A DNA stretch of 64,000 nucleotides from Terriglobia bacterium (GTDB lineage: Bacteria; Acidobacteriota; Terriglobia; JAJPHL01; JAPKYU01): NCBI GenBank assembly GCA_965223005.1, contig CBDCVK010000010.1, forward strand, positions 1,568,001 to 1,632,000, read 5' to 3'. Made by a program: the position numbers and the translations under genes. Below the pieces are notes generated by a model. The model searched no databases. It was not told where the DNA came from and worked only from the letters and a program-made list of their open reading frames with translations. The first letter of the stretch is position 1; each line of letters begins with the position of its first letter. Shown one piece after another: positions 59,440 through 64,000 of this stretch.

Positions 59440-60423
59440 ATGCGCCACTGCTCACACAGTCTTTGGTTGCACAGGTACGCGGTCCTGGTGGCCGGCGCCA
59501 CCTTCCTGCTGATTCTCGCCGGGGCCCTGGTCACCAGTAACGACGCCGGCCTGGCAGTGCCCGACTGGCCCTTGTCCTATGGAGGGTTGACGCCGCCCAT
59601 GGTCGGGGGCATCTTCTACGAGCACGGCCACCGGCTGGTAGCGGCCACCGTAGGACTGATGACCATCGGCCTGGCAGTCTGGTTGTGGCGGCGCGAGCCC
59701 CGGCGCTGGGTTCGCCTGTTGGGATGGGCGGCCCTAGGGACGGTGGTTGTCCAGGGAATTCTCGGCGGAATCACCGTGCTGTACTACCTTCCGCCTGCCG
59801 TCTCGATCGCGCATGCCTGCCTGGCACAATTCTTTTTCTGCTGCACGGTCAGCCTGGCTGTCTTTACTTCGCCTTCTTGGGTGAACTCCGGATGGGCCGG
59901 AGCCGGGTCCGCAGGTGAGTCCGAAGAAGATCGCGGCGCATCCCTGTTTGGCCTGGCCGTAGCCACGGCACTCGCGGTGTATAGCCAGTTGGTCCTGGGG
60001 GCAGCCGTGCGGCACGCCGTGCTGGGCATCTGGCCTCACATTTTCGGGGCGGCGGTCGTGGCGGCTTTGGGATTTGCAACCGTGGCACGAGTGTTCCGGC
60101 CCCGGGACTCGGACCCGCACCTGCTGCGCCGCCCCGCGGCCCTGGTGGCGGTCCTGGTGCTCATCCAGATGGGTTTAGGCTTGGGCTCGTATTTGGTGAA
60201 ATACGAGGCCGAGCGGGTTCAGCCTCTCCCGCTGGACGTCGCCATCAGCAGCGCGCACGTGGCCTTCGGTGCGCTGTTGCTGGCTGCCAGCCTGGTACTG
60301 GCGCTCCGAGCGCATCGCCTGCGCGGCCAGGTTAGAGACCAAGTTAGAGAAACGAACCAGGGTCGGGTGCTGGCCCTGTCCCCCGCCCTGTCCACCGAAG
60401 AAGTGCCCGAGAACGCGGTATGA
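59440..60423 (+). CDS. ctaA: Heme A synthase (COX15/CtaA)
   Basis: 'GALVTS.DAGLAVPDWP', 'YEHGHR', 'QGILGG.TV' and conserved His residues. Confidence 0.88.
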   Translation: MRHCSHSLWLHRYAVLVAGATFLLILAGALVTSNDAGLAVPDWPLSYGGLTPPMVGGIFYEHGHRLVAATVGLMTIGLAVWLWRREPRRWVRLLGWAALGTVVVQGILGGITVLYYLPPAVSIAHACLAQFFFCCTVSLAVFTSPSWVNSGWAGAGSAGESEEDRGASLFGLAVATALAVYSQLVLGAAVRHAVLGIWPHIFGAAVVAALGFATVARVFRPRDSDPHLLRRPAALVAVLVLIQMGLGLGSYLVKYEAERVQPLPLDVAISSAHVAFGALLLAASLVLALRAHRLRGQVRDQVRETNQGRVLALSPALSTEEVPENAV

Positions 60424-61322
60424 GAAGCATTCTCCAGACGTGGAAGCTAGACGTGGCGGCCGAGCGTAGCCGGCTGGCCGACTACCTGGAGCTTTCCAAG
60501 CCCGAAGTGACCTCGTTGATCCTAGTCGCGACGGCGGTGGGCTTTTGCGCTGCTTCGTCCGGCCAGTTTCGGGCGGATCTACTTGCGCATACTCTGTTAG
60601 GGACACTCTTGGTGGCGGCGGGGACCGCGGCACTGAATCAGTTCTTCGAGCGGGATGCCGACGCCCGGATGCGCCGGACGGATCAGCGCCCGCTGCCCGC
60701 CGGACGGATGGCTCCCGGCCGCGCCCTCGCCTTTGGCGTGGCGACTGGAGCTGCCGGCGTCTTCTATCTGGCCACGACCACGAACCGCCTGGCCGCCGGG
60801 CTGGCATTGCTGACCATGCTCAGCTATTTGCTCCTGTACACGCCTCTGAAAGCGAAAACACCCGCCAGCACCACGGTTGGCGCGTTCCCTGGCGCGGCTC
60901 CGCCACTGATTGGCTGGGCGGCCGCGACGGGCGAGTTGAGCTTGGGGGCCTGGGTCCTCTATGCCATCCTGTTCCTCTGGCAGTTTCCGCATTTCCTGGC
61001 CATTGCCTGGATGTACCGCGAGGACTACCGCCGCGCCGGCTTCCTCGTGCTGCCGGTATTGGAGCCGAATGGGGTGAGCACCGCCCGCCGGGTAGTGTTC
61101 TGCCTGCTCGTTCTGCTGCCAGTGAGCCTGCTCCCCAGCCTGGTCGGCATGGCGGGGCCGCTTTATCTTGCTGGAGCGCTCCTGCTCGGCCTGGCTTTCT
61201 TTTACTTCGGGCTGCGCCTGGCGCAGACACGCACGCTGGTCGAGGCGCGGCGACTCCTGCACGCCTCGGTCGCGTACCTGCCTTTGCTGTACGGGCTACT
61301 GCTGGTAGATCGAGGGTCGTAG
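60420..61322 (+). CDS. ctaB: Heme O synthase (protoheme IX farnesyltransferase)
   Basis: 'ERDADARMRRT..RPLP.G', 'YTPLK' and 'WQFPHF.AIAW..REDY'. Confidence 0.95.
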   Translation: MRSILQTWKLDVAAERSRLADYLELSKPEVTSLILVATAVGFCAASSGQFRADLLAHTLLGTLLVAAGTAALNQFFERDADARMRRTDQRPLPAGRMAPGRALAFGVATGAAGVFYLATTTNRLAAGLALLTMLSYLLLYTPLKAKTPASTTVGAFPGAAPPLIGWAAATGELSLGAWVLYAILFLWQFPHFLAIAWMYREDYRRAGFLVLPVLEPNGVSTARRVVFCLLVLLPVSLLPSLVGMAGPLYLAGALLLGLAFFYFGLRLAQTRTLVEARRLLHASVAYLPLLYGLLLVDRGS

Positions 61323-61349
61323 TGTAGGTTCCGGAAGCCCCTAGAAACG

Positions 61350-61658
61350 ATGTGGGAAACGATCATCCTGCTGGCGATTTACCTGGTGCTTGGCCTGCTC
61401 TGCCTCGCGGTGGCCGGGTGGGGTGTGGTCACTGGCCAGTTCCTCGATGTGGACGGGCTTTTCCTGGTGCTCGTGTGCCTGAGCTTGGCAGTGGTCTTTC
61501 TCGCCGCGTTCGCCCTTGCCATCCGGCGTGGTGAATTCGCAGCCGTGATGAAAGGCTTGCGGCGCTCCCAGGCGGCTACCTTGCCCGAAACTCCAGGGCC
61601 CGAAGCTCCCGGACAAGCTGAAGCAACCAACCCTTCGCGGCAGCAAGCTAACCAGTAA
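61350..61658 (+). CDS. Small two-TM membrane protein
   Basis: Two hydrophobic helices; lies within the operon between ctaB and DUF420. Confidence 0.6.
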   Translation: MWETIILLAIYLVLGLLCLAVAGWGVVTGQFLDVDGLFLVLVCLSLAVVFLAAFALAIRRGEFAAVMKGLRRSQAATLPETPGPEAPGQAEATNPSRQQANQ

Positions 61659-61676
61659 GCCACCATAGCGGCCCCG

Positions 61677-62105
61677 ATGTTCTCCATTCCCCAATGGCCC
61701 GCGCTGAACGCCAGCCTCAATGCCTTAAGTGCGCTGCTGCTGGCCGCCGGCTACTTCTTCATCCGTCGCAAGCGAATCGCCATCCACCGCTTCTTCATGG
61801 GGGCCGCGTTTCTGACTTCATCCCTGTTTCTGGCTTCCTATCTGGGTTACCACTACTTTGTGGGCGCCACTTCGTTTTCGGGGCGGGGCTGGATCCGCCC
61901 GGTTTACCTTTCCATCTTGCTGTCGCACACCGTGCTGGCCGCGCTGACGCTGCCTCTGGTGATTGTCACGCTGTCCCGCGCCCTGCGCGGGCAGTTCGAC
62001 CGGCACCGGCGGATTGCTCGCTGGACGCTGCCAATCTGGTTTTACGTCTCCGTCACCGGAGTGATCATCTACGCGATGCTGTACCACCTGTATCCCTCGC
62101 GCTGA
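61677..62105 (+). CDS. DUF420 family (CtaM/YozB-like) membrane protein
   Basis: 'PALNASLN', 'HR..M', 'SYL.YH', 'ILLSHTVLA' and 'HRRIARWTLPIW.YVSVTGV'. Confidence 0.9.
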   Translation: MFSIPQWPALNASLNALSALLLAAGYFFIRRKRIAIHRFFMGAAFLTSSLFLASYLGYHYFVGATSFSGRGWIRPVYLSILLSHTVLAALTLPLVIVTLSRALRGQFDRHRRIARWTLPIWFYVSVTGVIIYAMLYHLYPSR

Positions 62106-62204
62106 AGCCTGGGGGAAACCCGCGGGAGAACCGCTGGTTCGACGCGCGAACGTGAGCCAGTCTCTACCGCACACAACTCCCTTGAGTCAGAAGCGGCATG
62201 TATA

Positions 62205-62681
62205 ATGTCGATTATGCCCAAGGAGGCCAGGAGGAAATTGGAGGAAGAAATCCGGCGAATTGAGCATGAACTGCGCCACGAGCTGCCCAAGGAACTCAAG
62301 ACGGCGATCGCCCTGGGGGATCTCAGCGAGAATGCCGAGTACCACTCCGCCAAGCAGCGCCAGGAGATCCTGAGGGCCCGCCTGGGACAACTGAAGAAAC
62401 GTCTGAGCGACATCGCCATGGTCAACCTGTCGAAGATCCCGCGGGACCAGGTGGCCTTGGGCTCACAGGTGCTGCTCTATGACTTGCAGAAGGAGGCCGA
62501 GGTTCGCTACAAGCTGGTGATCACCGAAGAGTCGGATGTGGCGCAAGGCCTCATCTCCACCACCTCCCCCATCGGACGCGGCCTGGCGGGCAAGCGGGTC
62601 GGGGATGCGGTGAAGGTCCAGACGCCAGCGGGCGTGAAGGAGTTTGAGATTCTGGAACTCAAGACGATCCACGACGAGTAA
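62205..62681 (+). CDS. greA: Transcription elongation factor GreA
   Basis: 'GDLSENAEYH.AK' and 'IS..SPIGRGL.GK.VGD'. Start may be 62214. Confidence 0.93.
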   Translation: MSIMPKEARRKLEEEIRRIEHELRHELPKELKTAIALGDLSENAEYHSAKQRQEILRARLGQLKKRLSDIAMVNLSKIPRDQVALGSQVLLYDLQKEAEVRYKLVITEESDVAQGLISTTSPIGRGLAGKRVGDAVKVQTPAGVKEFEILELKTIHDE

Positions 62682-62707
62682 CTGCCGGACTCTCCCCAAG
62701 CCAGTCC

Positions 62708-63334
62708 ATGTTGACGGTCACCCGAAGTATCGGACACGCGGCAGGTTTCCTGCTGGATGGCATTCTGCGCGCGCTGGTCCTCTCCCGCATCCCTCCCAAT
62801 GTCCTGACCGCCGTCGGCCTGCTGCTGAACATCGCCGCCGCCTGCGCCTTTGGCTATGGCGAATTCCTGCTGGCCGGGCTGATCATGCTGGGGGCATCTT
62901 TGTTCGACTTCCTGGATGGTCCGGTCGCGCGCAAGACGAATCAGGCCACTCCATTTGGAGGTTTCTTTGATTCGGTGGTGGATCGCTACTCGGACCTCGC
63001 TCTCTATTTCGGCCTGCTGGTTTACTACGCGCGCCTCAACCTGTTCTTCTACGTGGTGCTGGTGGCGCTGGCCATGACCGGTTCGGTCATGGTGTCCTAC
63101 ACGCGGGCCCGGGCAGAGTCTCTCATCGGCTCCTGCAAGGTCGGCTTCATGGAGCGGCCCGAGCGCATTGTGCTGATGATCATCGGCGCCTTGTTTGACC
63201 GCATGGCGCCCGTGCTGTGGGTGATTGCCGTGCTGGCTAACGTCACCGTTGTCCACCGCATCATCTACACCTGGCAGAAGACTCGCCAGGCAGCTTCCCC
63301 GCCGGCTACCCGGGTCGTGCGCGCCGGCGACTAG
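62708..63334 (+). CDS. CDP-alcohol phosphatidyltransferase
   Basis: 'PNVLT', '[23 protein letters not shown]', 'SYTRARAE' and 'GFMERPER'. Confidence 0.93.
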   Translation: MLTVTRSIGHAAGFLLDGILRALVLSRIPPNVLTAVGLLLNIAAACAFGYGEFLLAGLIMLGASLFDFLDGPVARKTNQATPFGGFFDSVVDRYSDLALYFGLLVYYARLNLFFYVVLVALAMTGSVMVSYTRARAESLIGSCKVGFMERPERIVLMIIGALFDRMAPVLWVIAVLANVTVVHRIIYTWQKTRQAASPPATRVVRAGD

Positions 63335-63498
63335 CCAGGCTCCTCCCTCGCGCGGTTGGGAACTCGCGCAGGATTTCCACCATCCCGAAATAGTCCTCCG
63401 AACGCATGCAGCCGCGTCCAAGGCATCCTGTAGCGCCCGCTCACCAGGTCCTTGTAGAAGGGCTGGTGCACGTGCCAGAGGAAACAGACGCGGATCAT
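63331..63498 (-). pseudogene. Glycoside hydrolase family 57 N-terminal remnant
   Basis: '[28 protein letters not shown]', a frameshift to '[13 protein letters not shown]', then truncation. Confidence 0.8.
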
Positions 63499-63526
63499 TG
63501 GGTTGGGCCCCGGGTTAGACTTCGGG

Positions 63527-63865
63527 TTAGGCCTCGGCCGCCGGCGGCCGCAGGGCCGAGTGCAGGTCTTGCTGGAACTTGCCGTAGCGGTCGAGCAGCT
63601 CGGGCGTGGCCAGCGCTTCCCTGCTCTTAGCGACAAAAAAGCTGGCCGCCCCACGTTGGACGAGAAGGCCGATCTGCCCCTCGATGAGGTAGCCGGCCGA
63701 GCTGAACTGGCGGATTTCGCCGCTGCGGGTATATTCGAGTAGCGCTACAAAGCCCTCGCGCTCGGCGGCTACCTGGCGCTCGTAGCGGGGCAGCGTCAGG
63801 AATTGAAAGCCAAGGTCACGAAGTTTCGCCAGCGCTTGGGGCGCCTGCATCTCAGCATCCTTCAC
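63527..63865 (-). CDS. Hypothetical protein
   Basis: Clean 112-aa ORF with a GAGG RBS, upstream of the GH57 remnant. Confidence 0.6.
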   Translation of the reverse strand: MKDAEMQAPQALAKLRDLGFQFLTLPRYERQVAAEREGFVALLEYTRSGEIRQFSSAGYLIEGQIGLLVQRGAASFFVAKSREALATPELLDRYGKFQQDLHSALRPPAAEA

Positions 63866-64000
63866 TGTTCCCTCAACCCTGCCGGCACGTTTTCCCGTCC
63901 TGCAGGATCCTCTCTGAAGGCCCTGGGGACACTTGATGATAGCCCCAACGATTCGCCGTCGCCTGCACCAATACCTTCGAACTACCCCCTCGTCCTGCAG

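Overview
GC-rich bacterial chromosomal window, probably Acidobacteriota. This is inferred from a TIGR03437-type C-terminal domain, acidobacterial Ser/Thr-kinase remnants and the style of the Rieske/cytochrome b operon. Bases ~1,000-24,490 form a mosaic accessory region ending at the 3' end of tRNA-Cys. It holds a secreted-protein module, an Npt/HEAT transporter with a cNMP protein, a capsid-less terminase module with a C-protein-like regulator, an ECF sigma/anti-sigma-DUF4331-TPR operon, a GT1 glycosyltransferase, IPCT/DIPPS, a bacilliredoxin and gene scraps. The main modules are separated by a family of multi-subsite, recombination-site-like repeats that occur in both orientations. Inverted pairs with matching 6-bp spacers bracket two of the modules. 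This is the most novel signal in the window; no recombinase is encoded here. Bases ~24,500-43,000 are mostly housekeeping: tRNA-Cys/Gly, galT, yraN, cysS, a secretin, ferredoxin, a circularly permuted flavoreductase-4Fe-4S membrane fusion and fabH. Bases ~43,000-52,400 contain an IS30, a truncated gene, an Asp-box protein, tRNA-Ser and an ABC permease split by a decayed IS1595-family element with an 8-bp target duplication. Bases ~52,500-62,100 encode Rieske, split cytochrome b, an octaheme cytochrome c, a cupredoxin lipoprotein, CtaA, CtaB and DUF420, but no oxidase subunits. greA and a CDP-alcohol phosphatidyltransferase follow. All family assignments are by motif recognition; no database searches were run.
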